The notes beneath the pieces are model-generated. The model was not told where the DNA came from, did not search any database, and saw only the letters and a list, made by a program, of their open reading frames with translations. Shown piece by piece: positions 13,728-26,742 of a DNA stretch of 64,000 bases. Source of the DNA: Octopus vulgaris (taxonomy: Eukaryota). The stretch covers positions 13,206,001-13,270,000 of the forward strand of contig OX597838.1 of assembly GCA_951406725.2 (NCBI GenBank), in the 5' to 3' direction. Numbering within the stretch: the stretch's first letter is position 1; every line of letters starts with the position of its first letter. The position numbers and the translations under genes are program-made.

Positions 13728-13960
13728 ATTTCTTTACTACCCACAAGGGGCTAAAGACAGAGAGGACAAACAAGGACAGACAAACGGATTAAGTCGATTA
13801 TATCGACCCCAGTGCGTAAATGGTACTTATTTAATCGACCCCGAAAGGATGAAAGGCAAAGTCGACCTCGGCGGAATTTGAACTCAGAACGTAGCGGCAG
13901 ATGAAATACTGCTAAGTGTTTCACCTGGCGTGCTAAAGAATCTTGCCAGCTGACCACCTT
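13728..13960 (-). mobile_element. SINE B
   Basis: TSD CTGACAAAATACCT at 13714 and 13963. Confidence 0.85.
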
Positions 13961-14308
13961 ACCTGACAAAATACCTTGCCATATTGACTTCAGCTCCTTA
14001 GTTTCTGAATTCAAATCCGACTGAAGCCAACTTTGCCTTGCAATTGAGTAATAGTAGTAGTAGTAGTAGTAGTAGTAGTTTTGTCTTGAGCCCCAAGACT
14101 CGTCCAGTTACCTACTTTCCATGAGATCACAGCATTCCTCCGTTATTCATCAGCAGCTGAGTGAAGTGGAACAACTGTGAAATGAAGTGTTTTGCTCAAG
14201 AACACAACACAATGCACCGCTTAGTCCAGGATTCGAAACCTTGATCTAACCATTATTAGTTTGACACCCTAACAACCAAGCCATGCATCTTCATCAGTTT
14301 ATAAGTAC

Positions 14309-14680
14309 AGGCATGGCTGTGTGGTAAGAAGTTTGCTTCCCAACCACATGGTTTGGGGTTCAGTCCCACTGCATGGCACCTTAGGCAAATGTCTTCTACT
14401 ATAGCCTTGGGCCTACCAAAGCCTGTTGTGTCTGTATATATATATATATGTTTGTATATTTATGTGTGTGTGTGTCTTTGTGTTTGCCCTCCCTGCCCCA
14501 TTGTTTGACAACCAATGTTGGTGTGTTCACATCCCCATAACTTAGTGGTTTGGTAAAGAGACCAATAAAATAAGTACTAGGCTTACGAAGAATAAGTCCT
14601 GGGGTCGATGTCTTCAACTAAGAAACCCTTTAAGGCAGTACTCCAGCATGGCCATGGTCAAATGCTTGAAACAAGTAAAA
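14309..14680 (+). mobile_element. SINE A (older subfamily)
   Basis: Diverged copy. Confidence 0.8.
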
Positions 14681-15037
14681 AAAAAATAATAAAAATAGTG
14701 TGGTTAAGTTCATTTCCAAATTAGGAACTGGAGTCCTTAAGGGAGTCCTTATGGGAGTCCTTAAGGGAGTCTGATGCCTTCAGTTTTATCCTGTGAACTG
14801 TTATGTATGGCTTAGTGGTTAGGATATTCAGCTCGAAATTGTGAGGTTGTGAGTTCAATTCCTGGTGGCACATTGTGTCCTGGAGCAAGATACTTTATTT
14901 AATTTTGCTCCCGTCCTCTCAGCTGGCAAAAATGAGTTGTACCTGTAACTTAAAAGGCCAGCCCTTATCACATTGTGTCATGCTGAATCTGCCTGAAAAC
15001 TGTGTCAGAGTATACCTGCCTGCGGAGTGCTCATCCG

Positions 15038-15460
15038 ACGTCTGGCAGCTGACACTTGGCAGACACCCATAAAATTAGTAACCATCTTACAAACAATAAC
15101 TCTGAGCACCTTTTCGAACACCACCTGTGGACATATTTACAAAGTCAGAAAACAGCACAGCTCCCATGACTTTAGGAAACATTTCTTCATGCTGAGAGTT
15201 GCTGAAGCATGGAACAAACTGCTGGCATCAGTTGTTAGTTGTCAGAGCACTGCATCCTTCAAAACTTCCATGCTTCCTGAGAGATTCGCCAACACTACAC
15301 CTGATTTTCTCCTCTCCATACACACACAAGCATGTATCTGACTCATACACTGTTCGCTTTCCAGGCATTTGTACATTACTGCATATACTTTATACGCACT
15401 TTCCGACAAGTTGTGGTGCACCTGAGCACTGTATACAATAATTTCATTATTTTTTTTTTT
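15038..15460 (+). mobile_element. CR1-type LINE 3' fragment
   Basis: Near-identical to 46735-47160. Confidence 0.85.
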
Positions 15461-15821
15461 TTTCTATCACCTGCATGTTAATAATTTTATGAGCAGGCTG
15501 TTTAGTTGTTTGGCTTGACTGGAATACTTATCATTGTATCTGATGGAGTGCCAGGTGTATGAACTCCTATGATGAGACTGAGGCCAAGGTGTGTTGACTT
15601 TTTGCCCCCCTTGCCCTTCTCCTAGATGACATCTGGGCACAGAAAGGGGAGCTGTGGCTTGGACAAATGTTGATGTTTCATACTAGCCTTGCCCAGGCCT
15701 TCACCCTGGGGAGAACACTCTGCTGTCTGTTATCTCACTACATAACATCAACACAGACTGAAAGGAGGGTTTCCGTGGTAACACAAAATATACTGATGAC
15801 TAAGAGGGTGGTGGTAGTATA

Positions 15822-16155
15822 GGTAAGTAGCTTGCTTACGAACCACATGATTCCGGGTTCAGTCCCACTGCGTGGCACCTTGGGCAAGTGTCTTCTACTA
15901 TAGCCTCAGGTTGACCAAAGCCTTGTGAGTGGATTTGGTAGACGGAAACTGAAAGAAGTGTGTATGTTTGTGTGTCTGTGTTTGTCCCCCCAACATCGCT
16001 TGACAACCGATGCTGGTGTGTTTACGTCGCCATAACTTAGCGGTTCGGCAAAAGGGACCGATAGAATAAGTTCTAGGCTTAGACAGAATAAGTCCTGAGG
16101 TCAATTTACTCAACTAAAGGCGGTGCTCCAGCATGGCCACAAGTCAAATGACTGT
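15822..16155 (+). mobile_element. SINE A
   Basis: 5'-truncated copy. Confidence 0.85.
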
Positions 16156-17211
16156 GGCCATGCTGGCCTTTTAAATTATGTTGGCTTTTTGCCCCCTTGC
16201 TCTTCTCCTAGATGACATCTGGGCACAGAAAGGGGAGCTGTGGCTTGGACAAATGTTGATGTTTCATACTAGCCTTGCTCAGGCCTACACCCTGGAGAGA
16301 ACACTCTGCTATCTGTTATCTCACTACATAACATCAACACAGACTGAATGGAGGGTTTCCATGGTAACACAAAATATACTGATGACTAAGAGGGTGGTGG
16401 TAGTATAGGTAGTTGTTGTAGTATTGGTGGTGGTGTTAGCATCAGTCACATTTATAGTGGTTATGTTGGGTTATTGTCTATGTTATAGTGTTTGTAGCAA
16501 CAGTTGTGTTGGTGATGTAGTAGTGGTGTTGATAGAAGTGATTTGGTGTAGTAGTGGTGGTGTTGGTAGTGATGGTGGCAGTGGTGTTGGTGTTGGTAGT
16601 GGTGGTGGTGATGGTGGCAGTGGTGGCAACATTTCGGTTAAGACGGATGTGGTATGTTATTTCTTTCTCTTTTGATTCGTTGCAACATTGTAAGTGAAAC
16701 CAGCTGTCTTTTTAATGATGTCTTGATGATGACGATGGTGGTGGTGGTGATGATAGTGATGACTGGTATGATGGTGATGATGGTGGTGGTGATTGTGATG
16801 CAGGTGGTGGTAATGTCTTAACGATGATGCAGATGGTAACATCTTGATGAAGGAAATGATGTTGATGATAGTGATGATGACTGAGGCGGCCAGATGATAG
16901 CTTCTTAATTACAAACAAAGCCTGTGGCATAATCATTGCAGTTATGAATATTATTATTATTATTAGTTGGCAGAATCGTTAGCATACTGGGCAAAGTTCT
17001 TAGCAGCATTTCTTCTGGTACATCACATTCTGAGTTCAAATTACACTGGAGTCAGCTTTGCTTTTTATCCTTCTAATGTCAATAAAATAAGTACCAGTCA
17101 AATACTGGGCTTGCCACTCCACAGCTTGATAACTGGTATTGGTTTGTTTACATCCTTGCAAGTTGGCAGTTACAGTACTCTATGTTGTCTGTACTTGTTT
17201 GCCATGCCAAA

Positions 17212-17427
17212 GGCGGCGAGCTGGCAGAAACATTAGCACGCCGGGCGAATTGCGTAGCCATATTTCGTCTGCCGTTATGCTCTGAGTTCAAATTCCGCCG
17301 AGGTCGACTTTGCCTTTCATCCTTTCGGGGTCGATAAATTAAGTACCAGTTACGCACTGGAGTCGATATAATCAACTTAATCCGTTTGTCCTGTGTGTGT
17401 TTAGCCCCTTGTGGGTAGTAAAGAAAT
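17212..17427 (+). mobile_element. SINE B
   Basis: Flanking repeat TGTTTGCCATG. Confidence 0.85.
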
Positions 17428-17769
17428 ATGTTTGCCATGGTAACCACTTCTCAGGGTGCCCTAGGTGCATTTTACTATGATACCAACACTGCAGAGGTTG
17501 CCCTGTTTCCTACGAGGCCAAAGAGTTCTATTGACATCATCCCCTTTCTTTCAAGGTATATATACATGTGTATGTGTGTTTGTGTGTACATACACACACC
17601 CAAACATACACACACACACACATATGTATGTTACTTGCATTTTTTGTTGTTGTCTGAAATAGCATACATAGCAGGAGGCTTACTGGCTGCAGAGTGAATC
17701 ATGATCTTCAAACTCTGCACCATGTATTGAGTTCCTCCTGTTTTTATTTCCAAACATACACACACACAT

Positions 17770-18175
17770 AGGCTCAGGAGTGGCTGTGTGGTAAGTAGCT
17801 TGCTTACCAACCACATGGTTCCGGGTTCAGTCCCACTGTGTGGCACCTTGGGCAAATGTCTTCTACTATAGCCTCGGGCTGACCAAAGCCTTGTGAGTGG
17901 ATTTGGTAGAAGGAAACTGAAAGAAGCCTGTCGTATATATATGTATATATATGTATGTGCGTGTGTGTTTGTCCCCCTAGCATTGCTTGACAGCCGATGC
18001 TGGTGTGTTTACGTCGCTGTAACTTAGCGGTTCGGCAAAAGAGACCGATAGAATAAGTACTGGGCTTACAAAAAATAAGTCCCAGGGTCGAGTTGCTTGA
18101 TTAAAGGTGGTGCTCCAGCATGGCCGCAGTCAAATGACTGAAACAAGTAAAAGAAAAGAAAGAAAAAAAAGAAAA
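17770..18175 (+). mobile_element. SINE A
   Basis: Full length. Confidence 0.9.
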
Positions 18176-19023
18176 GACATACATACCATGCACACAAAGC
18201 ATATATTTATATCATAGTATAAATTTGTAAACCATTCAACCCACACTAAAATAAAAATAAGAAAAAAATAAAAGTAAAAAAATGAACCCTAATTTTTTTT
18301 TTACTGTCTGAAAGATAAGCTGTGGTTGTAGAGAATTCTTTATTTCTACTAAAGAAGACCAAATAGCGTCTTCATTCTTTGCTTCCACTCACGTGTCTGT
18401 TGAGTGAGGGAGGGGTAGGGATGAGTGTCACTCTGCTCTTAATGATGAAAGAAAACATTGTTAGGAGTAATCAGAACCACACTTCTCTCTCTCACTCATT
18501 CACTATTTCTCTGTCTGCCTGTCTGTCTCACTCTCTCTCTCACTCCCTTGATGTGTGGTGGTGGTGATGGTGGTGTTTAATTAATCTAGAATGAGATGTT
18601 TGTCTGGTAATCAGCCTTAGTTGGCAACCAAGCATCATCATCATTGTCATCATCATTGTATTGTGGTTTGTAAAGTTTATAACACTAGAGTATTTGTAGT
18701 GAGAAATTGAGATAGGGATTGTGTGTGTGTGTGTGTATACATATGAGCACACACCCGAAATATATATACACATGCACACAAATATATCTATCTATCTGTC
18801 TATATATATATATATATATATTGTTGTCCCTTTTTTATATCACCTGTCTGGATGTTTTGTGTTCTGGTCCCATTTTTGTATTTTTTATATATAAAAATAT
18901 AGCGGCGTGCATACACTTTGCTCTCTCTCTCTCGCTCTCTCTCTCTCTATATATATATATACTCATGTAACACAGATACTATAAAACACACAAATAATAT
19001 ACATACAGTAAACCCAGACACTC

Positions 19024-19072
<49 letters not shown>

Positions 19073-19174
19073 TACATATATATATATATAGGCATGTACG
19101 TATACATACATACATACCTGTGTGTGTATATATATATACACACACATGCGTACATGCCTATATATATGTATGTA

Positions 19175-19215
<41 letters not shown>

Positions 19216-19786
19216 AGGTGTCTGGGTTTACTGTATGTATATTATTCATGTGTGTGTATGTGTTATAGTATCTGTGTTACATGAGAATGTATGTATGTAT
19301 GTTGCTGCGTGCGTGTATGTTAGTGTGAATTTGTGTGCATGTGTTTCATTGGAATGGAAGCAGAGACAGATAGCATTGACCTTCCTCTCTGCTACCATCT
19401 TCACCTCCACCACCACCACCACCATCGCCAAACCAACAAAAGACATTCTGTTCCCAGTCCTGTCAGAAATAGTTCATTCTGAAAATACACAGTAATGTCT
19501 GTGGGCTCCGTTAGTTCTTACTACTACTATTTCCTCACCAATAATGTCACCACCACCCACTAATAACATCACGCCCCCCACCTTATCAGCATCACAGCCA
19601 CTACTCTCCAGTTCAGTAGTAGTAGTAGTAGTAGTAGTTATAATAATAATTATTATTTCTACTGGAAGCACAAAGCTTCAAATTTGGGGGGGGAAGAGAT
19701 AAAGTCAATTATATCAACCCCAGTGCACAACTGTTTCTTAATTTATCGATCCGAAAGGATGAAAGGTAAAAATCGACCTCGGCAGA

Positions 19787-19818
<32 letters not shown>

Positions 19819-20368
19819 AACAACAACAATAAAAACAATAATAATAATAATAAGAAGAATAATAACAATAATAATAAGAATAATAATAATAATAATAGTG
19901 ATAATACTTTTTGCTATGGGCACAAGGCCTGAAATTTTGGGGTAGGCCGACTAGTCGATTACATCAACCCCGGTGTTTCACTGGTACTTAATTTATTGAC
20001 CCCCCAAAAGGATGAAAGGCAAAGTCAACCTCAGCAGAATTTGAACTCGGAACATAAAGACAGATGTAATGCCACTAAGCATTTTGCCCGGTACATTAAC
20101 GATTCTACCAGCTTGCCACCATAATACTCACAAGAATCAAGACTCCAGTAAAATTGACATGTCATTAAAAAAAGAACAAACTTATTGTTTTATAGCTGGA
20201 TGCCCTTCTTTTTGCTAACCCTTACCTGCTTTTCAATTAAGGAATTTCTTATTCCATAATCCATTCATAAGACTCTCGGCTTGGGACTATTGTAAATGGC
20301 ATTTACCCAGGACACTGCACAACACACACACACACGTGCACTAATGCCTTTATATCTTATATTTTCAG

Positions 20369-20629
20369 GTGTCAAACCGGGACAATTCTGTGGCCCAGCA
20401 GGTTGCCGGTGGTGATCCAGCATATGCTAGACCACATAAGATCCGAAATGAGAGTGCAGGGACAGCAACATCTGCAGCCACATCCTCAATGAGTGCCACC
20501 AGTATGACTGCAAAAGGCGACCAGCTGGACAGTATGCTGGGCAGTTTGCAGTCCGATATGAACAGACAAGGTGTGAGCACCAAAACCAAGGGGCTGTGTG
20601 CTGCATGTAACAAACCTGTTGTCAGTCAG
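20369..20629 (+). CDS. PXN: Paxillin exon: LD5 motif and start of LIM1
   Basis: ttttcag|GTG acceptor and CAG|gtaagg donor; 261 nt, phase 0-0; encodes QLDSMLGSLQSDMNRQG (LD motif) and KGLCAACNKPVVSQ. Confidence 0.93.
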
Positions 20630-20756
20630 GTAAGGAGTTGCTCTCTTTTCATTTACTATTTTCAATTGTTGCAGTACATCCATGTTGCGCAGGGTACATC
20701 ACTTACTAAGAAGTACTTGATAAATTTTGCTGTCCCTTTCATCTACTTACATTTTT

Positions 20757-21353
20757 ATTTCTTTACTGCCCTCAGGGGGCGACACACAAACGGGACAAAC
20801 AAGGACAGACAAACGGATTTAGTCGATTGTATCGACCCCAGTGCATAACTAGTACTTAATTTATCGACCCCAAAAGGATGAAAGGCAAAGTCGACCTTGA
20901 CGGAATTTGAACTCAGAACATAGCGGCAGACGAAATACCTATTTCTTTACTACCCACAAGGGGCTAAACACAGAGAGGACAAACAAGGACAGACAAACGG
21001 ATTTAGTCGATTATATCGACTCCAGTGCGTAACTGGTACTTATTTAATCAACCCCGAAAGGGTGAAAGGCAAAGTAGACCTCGGCGGAATTTGAACTCAG
21101 AACGTAGCGGCAGATGAAATACCTATTTCTTTACTGCCCTCAAGGGGCTACACACAGAGGGGACAAACAAGGACAGACAAACGGATTTAGTTGATTGTAT
21201 CGACCCCAGTGCATAACTAGTACTTAATTTATCGACCCCGAAAGGATGAAAGGCAAAGTCAACCTCGGTGGAATTTGGACTCAGAACGTAGTGGCAGACG
21301 AAATACCGCTAGGCATTTCGCCCGGCGTGCTAACGTTTCTGCCAGCTCGCCGC
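20757..21353 (-). mobile_element. Head-to-tail SINE B trimer
   Basis: Three ~183-bp units joined at GAAATACC|TATTTC. Confidence 0.85.
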
Positions 21354-21524
21354 CTTTACTTCCATTCTCCTATCCTATTGCCTTTTAACCCTTTGTCTGT
21401 TCTCAGACTTTTCGTTATCAGAGGTTAATTTGGTTTTAGCTGGTCGGTGCTTTATGATCACAGAATGTATCACACACAATAAAAACATGGGTATCGTATG
21501 TGATCCACAGAGCGAATTCTTTTA

Positions 21525-21715
21525 TTTGTTTCAGTCATTTGACTGCAGCCATGCTGGAGCACCACCTTTAGTTAAGCAAATTGACCCCAGGACTTATTCT
21601 TTGTAAGCCTAGTACTTATTCTATCAGTCTTTCTTGTCAAACTGCTAAATGACAGGGATGTAAACACACCAGCATCGGTTGTCAAGCGATGTTGAGGGGA
21701 CAAACAGACACACAA
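21525..21715 (-). mobile_element. SINE A, 3' half
   Basis: Reverse-strand match. Confidence 0.8.
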
Positions 21716-21805
21716 ACATATATACATATATATATATATACACACATACATATATACATTTTGTTTTGTTTGTTTAACATGGTTTTTTTTCCTTTATTTT
21801 TGCAG

Positions 21806-21979
21806 ATGATAACGGCCCTGGGTAAGGTGTGGCACGTGGAGCATTTCACCTGCGCCCATTGCACTATGACTTTGGGGACTATGAGTTTCTACGAACGTGA
21901 CAATAAAGCTTACTGTGAGAAGGACTACCACAGCCTGTTTGCCCCTCGCTGTGCTTACTGCAATGGGCCAATTGTTGAC
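21806..21979 (+). CDS. PXN: Paxillin exon: LIM1 and start of LIM2
   Basis: tttgcag|ATG and GAC|gtaaga; [19 protein letters not shown]...[23 protein letters not shown]. Confidence 0.95.
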
Positions 21980-22284
21980 GTAAGATCTGCATCTGTTTAT
22001 CTACCTGTTGCTGTTGTAATTGTTGTTTTACATATCTTTTTCCATGCTGACATCCATTGGATGGTTCAACAGGAGTCTGCTGAGCCACAAGTCAATGCCA
22101 GACTCCATTCTTTGTTTCAGCAGACATTGGTGTTACAGCTACAGCTTGATGCCCTTCCTAATGCTAATTATGCTACAGAGTGCACTGGCTGCTTTTTATT
22201 TATTTTTTTTTTCATGGCACTAGCTGTAGTAGGGTACACACACACACACACATTACAACTGTCCAACAAATGGGAACAAACAAT

Positions 22285-22660
22285 CAATAACTCTGAGCAC
22301 CTTTTCAAACTCCACCTGTCTAACATCCATGGACATATTTACAAAGTCAGAAAACAGCACAGCTCCTATGACTTTAGGAAACATTTTTTCACGCTGAGAG
22401 TTGCTGAAGCATGTAACAGACTGCCGGCATCAGTTGTTAGTTGTCGGGGCACTGCATCCTTCGAAACTTCCATGCTTTCTGAGATTCGCCAACACTACAC
22501 CTGATTTTCTCCCCTCCATTCACATGCAAGCATGTATCTGACTCATACATTGTTCGCTTTCCAGTCATTTTTACATTACTGCATATACTTTATACGCACT
22601 TTCTGACAAGTTGTGGTGCACCTGAGCGCTGTATACAATAATTTCATTATTATTATTATT
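22285..22660 (+). mobile_element. CR1-type LINE 3' fragment in a paxillin intron
   Basis: Near-identical to the other two copies. Confidence 0.85.
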
Positions 22661-23092
22661 TTATTTAAAAGAACTCTGAATAACAGTTCTGTGATAATTT
22701 GGCAGCTTTAATAGAAACCTTACCTGTCATTGTGGCATGAAGCAAAGCAGGCCTTTCCGTCTACTCAATAAAACACACAGTAAATGATCCACAAACACTC
22801 AAGCAAACTGAGTCCTCAATTTGTTCCATTTGCCAAAAGGTTTACAAGGCACCAGCAAGCCTCAAGAGACACATTTGTATCCATAGAACATGAATACCAC
22901 TTTATTTTACTGAACACTCATTTGTCATTCATGACAAAAGAATTCTTCATATATAAATATATATATGAGGTATATTTGCCATAATATGGCTAACCACTAA
23001 GGGTAAATGTTACTGTAGCTTGTAGCCCCAGGAGAACCATCTCCTCCAGCTGGCTATAAACACTTTTTTTATGAATTAATTTTATCCTTCCC

Positions 23093-23140
23093 TCGTCACG
23101 GACTGCAGTTTCTGTGTATTGACCCGTCATCAGTGCACGA
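23093..23140 (-). ncRNA. Degenerate hammerhead ribozyme between direct repeats
   Basis: CTGATGA-cgggtcaatacaca-GAAAC-tgca-GTC; stems I and II partly mismatched. Confidence 0.45.
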
Positions 23141-24098
23141 CAATCACCGGTTTTATGAAAGGAGTCTGCAAATATTTATACCCTTTATCCTGTAACTTTT
23201 CGTCACTGATCTTGAAAGAGTGTATACAATCAATAATAAATCTCTGAATGAGGTATAAACAGTAACTGCAGGACAATGTGAGATTTTGCCATCTCAATAT
23301 GGCTAACCACTAAGGGTGGGTGTTACTGTAGCTTGTAGCCCCAGGAGAACATATCTCATAAAAGAAAGCGAATAGACCAATGTATTTGAATGAAAATCCC
23401 ATGTGATATTTGTTCTGCTCAGTGTACACAGATGCTCACTTGTTACTCACATGCTGTTGTAAGATCTGTGAACTCACAATTGACCTTCGTAGAAGCCTTT
23501 AATAAGCTATTATTTACACAATCAAGGTGTAAATTAAAAAAAAATAGCATTTTTTTTCAATATCATTAAATAGATTCTGTTATATATTTTAAAATTTTAT
23601 AATTTAAATGGGAAAAAAAAAACCTTTGATGTCTTGCAAACAACTTGCACATGCAAGTGCTACCAGTCAAAAGCTCCGTATACCGGAAACCAGCAAGTGC
23701 ATGGGGTCATCAGGAGGAGAATGCATGCCGTTTCGGGGCCTACCCCTCGACGGCATCAATGCGCACCGGCCCCCTCACTAATATGAGGCCCCGCTTGCTA
23801 GATCAGCTGGTTATGAAGTTAAACTCAATATCCTTCTAGTCATCGCTCATCGTCTCTTTTTTAACCAAATCCAGTGGCTAGCCTTCTCCACTGTAGATTG
23901 GATATCAGTCATGGTGGTATTGACTTTACGATGAGTTAGGCCCAGCGATAACAACAGTCGTCTCACTGTATCATTAAACTGTATTACGCATTCCCCTACA
24001 AATGCTCATTATCACTTTTGTTAACGTGTTTTTTTAATTATGTTTCCCCTGTGCTTGTATTTAATTAGAAGTGTTTCCTTTCTCTTTTTCTTTTCTAG

Positions 24099-24214
24099 AA
24101 ATGTGTCACTGCCTTAGATAAAACATGGCACCCTGAACACTTCTTTTGTGGTCTTTGTGGACGAAACTTTGGTGATGAAGGATTCCATGAAAGAGACGGC
24201 CAGGCATATTGTAG
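24099..24214 (+). CDS. PXN: Paxillin exon: LIM2
   Basis: ttttctag|AAA and AG|gtcagt; [38 protein letters not shown]; not in the ORF track; phases join the neighbouring exons. Confidence 0.95.
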
Positions 24215-24257
24215 GTCAGTATGAACCTTATTTAAATATGTATATAAACACATAGAA

Positions 24258-24292
<35 letters not shown>

Positions 24293-24629
24293 CATTAAAA
24301 AATATATCACAGACTCACTCTTCTGCCATCAGACAACATATGACAGCTCTGCAATTTCTTGCTGAACAACCACACAAATGATTTGTTTATAGGGATTAAA
24401 ATGTTTGTGTCCACATGAGCCCATTCCCTCCATCAAATTGACATTGTCTGTACATGATGTGCCACATGTCAGATGACAATGTTTGCAGAGCAATATAAAA
24501 TTGTTTTGTTCACGAACACAATTTTAACGCCTGTTCTGGGAATCAAAATCATGACCTTGCAGTTGTGAGTGTGACACCCTAACCACTAAGCCATGTGCCT
24601 TCACCAATATACACATATATATATACGTG

Positions 24630-25168
24630 TGTGTGGCAAGAAATTTGGTTTCAGGTTCAGTCCCATTGCATGGCAATTTGAGCAAGTGTCTACTTCTGTA
24701 GCTTCAGGCCAACCAAAACATGTGAGTGGATTTGGAAAATGGAAATATATACATCTGTGTGTGTGTTTTTGTGTCTGTGTTTGTCCTCATCACCACTTGA
24801 CAACCGGTGTTGGTGTGTTGATGTCCCTGTAAAGTTAGTGGTTCGGCAAAAGAGACCAATAGAATAAGCACCAAACTTTAAAAGGAAAATATACTGGAGT
24901 AAATTCTTTCAACTAAAATCCTTCAAGGCAGTGCTCCAGCATGGCTGAAGTCTAATGACTGAAACAATACCTAAAATAAAAGATATATATATATATATAT
25001 ATAGGCGCAGGAGTGGCTGTGTGGTAAGTAGCTTGCTAACCAACCACATGGTTCCGGGTTCAGTCCCACTGCGTGGCATCTTGGGCAAGTGTCTTCTGCT
25101 ATAGCCCCGGGCCGACCAATGCCTTGTGAGTGGATTTGGTAGACGGAAACTGAAAGAAGCCTGTCGTA

Positions 25169-25211
<43 letters not shown>

Positions 25212-25395
25212 TTGTGTGCTGGTGTGTTTACATCCCCCGTCACTTAGCGGTTCGGCAAAAAGAGACCGATAGAATAAGTACTGGGCTTACAAAAAGAATA
25301 AGTCCCGGGGTCGATTTGCTCGACTAAAGGCGGTGCTCCAGCATGGCCGCAGTCAAATGACTGAAACAAGTAAAAGAAAAAGAAAAAAGAAAAAG
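24630..25395 (+). mobile_element. Two SINE A copies (old 24630-24965, young 25003-25395)
   Basis: Family match. Confidence 0.85.
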
Positions 25396-25554
25396 AACAT
25401 CATCATCGTTTAACATCCGTTTTCTATGTTGGCATGGGTTGGACGGTTTGGCTGAGGTCTGGAGAGCCAGTGGCTGCACCAGGCTCCAATCTGACCCGGT
25501 ACTGTTTCTACAGCTGGATGCCCTTCCTAATGCCAACCACTCTGAGAGTGTAGT

Positions 25555-26290
25555 GGGTGCTTTTTACGTGCCACCAGCACAGGAGTCAGTCAAGTGGGCT
25601 TGGCATCAATCACGTTCGGATAGTGCTTTTTACATGCCACCAGCAAGGGGTCAGTCAGGGGCTGCTGGCATCAGCTACATTTGGAGGGTGCTTTTTACGT
25701 GCCACTGGCATGAGAGCCAGTCGGGGTACTGGCATTGGCCATGTTTGGACGGTGCTTTTTGCCACCAGCAAGGGGTCAGTCAGGGGCTGCTGGCATCAGC
25801 TACATTTGGAGGGTGCTTTTTATGTGCCACTGGCATGGGAGCCAGTCGGGGTACTGGCATTGGCCATGTTTGAACAGTGCTTTTTACATGCCACCAGCAA
25901 GGGGTCAGTCAGGGGCTGCTGGCATCAGCTACATTTGGCGGGTGCTTTTTATGTGCCACTGGCATGGGAGCCAGTCGGGGTACTGGCATTGGCCATGTTT
26001 GAACGGTGCTTTTTACATGCCACCAGCAAGGGGTCAGTCAGGGGCTGCTGGCATCAGCTACATTTGGAGGGTGCTTTTTACGTGCCACTGGCATGGGAGC
26101 CAGTCGGAGTACTGGCATTGGCCATGTTTGGACGGTGCTTTTTACATGCCACCAGCAAGGGGTCAGTTGCTGGCATCAGCTACATTTGGAGGGTGCTTTT
26201 TACGTGCCACTGGCATGGGAGCCAGTCGGAGTACTGGCATTGGCCATGTTTGGACGGTGCTTTTTACATGCCACCAGCACAGGAGCCAGT
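25555..26290. repeat. 129-bp higher-order minisatellite
   Basis: Equivalent positions at 25890, 26019, 26148; each unit is two related ~65-bp subunits. Confidence 0.9.
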
Positions 26291-26627
26291 CAGGCAGACC
26301 TGGCACTGGCCACAGCCGCGATATTGGTTCTACTTGAATCAACAGGTCTTTTCAAGCATGTCATATTGCCTGACGCAGCAAGGGTACTCTTAATTGGGCT
26401 GGATCTGCATGGCTGCAGTCTCACTTTAGTTGCCGGGTCTTCTCAGTCAAAGCATATCTCCAAAGTCTCAGTCACCCATCATTGCCTCTGTGAGGCCCAA
26501 TGTTGCTGCATAGGAAAATTGGACATTTCATTCTTAACACACACACACACACACACAAAAATATATAGACATACACACACACACTTACATACACATCTGA
26601 ATATGTCTAAATCTATATACATTTCAG

Positions 26628-26742
26628 GGAAGATTTTTTGAAGATGTTTGCTCCAAAATGTGGAGGATGTGCTCAACCAATCAAAGACAGTTACATCTCT
26701 GCTCTTAACAGACACTGGCATCCGGATTGCTTTGTTTGTTGG
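26628..26742 (+). CDS. PXN: Paxillin exon: first half of LIM3
   Basis: tttcag|G and TGG|gtaaat; (R)[38 protein letters not shown]. Confidence 0.95.

Noticed and set aside
17455-17555. Possible paxillin exon GALGAFYYDT...FLSR
   Set aside because: The open frame ends in phase 2, incompatible with the phase-0 acceptor at 20369; no recognisable motif
21689-22504. 271-aa LIM-LINE fusion ORF
   Set aside because: Read-through of a paxillin exon into intronic repeats; canonical splice sites bound the true exon
25439-26641. 200-278 aa ORFs in three frames
   Set aside because: Intronic 129-bp minisatellite without stop codons
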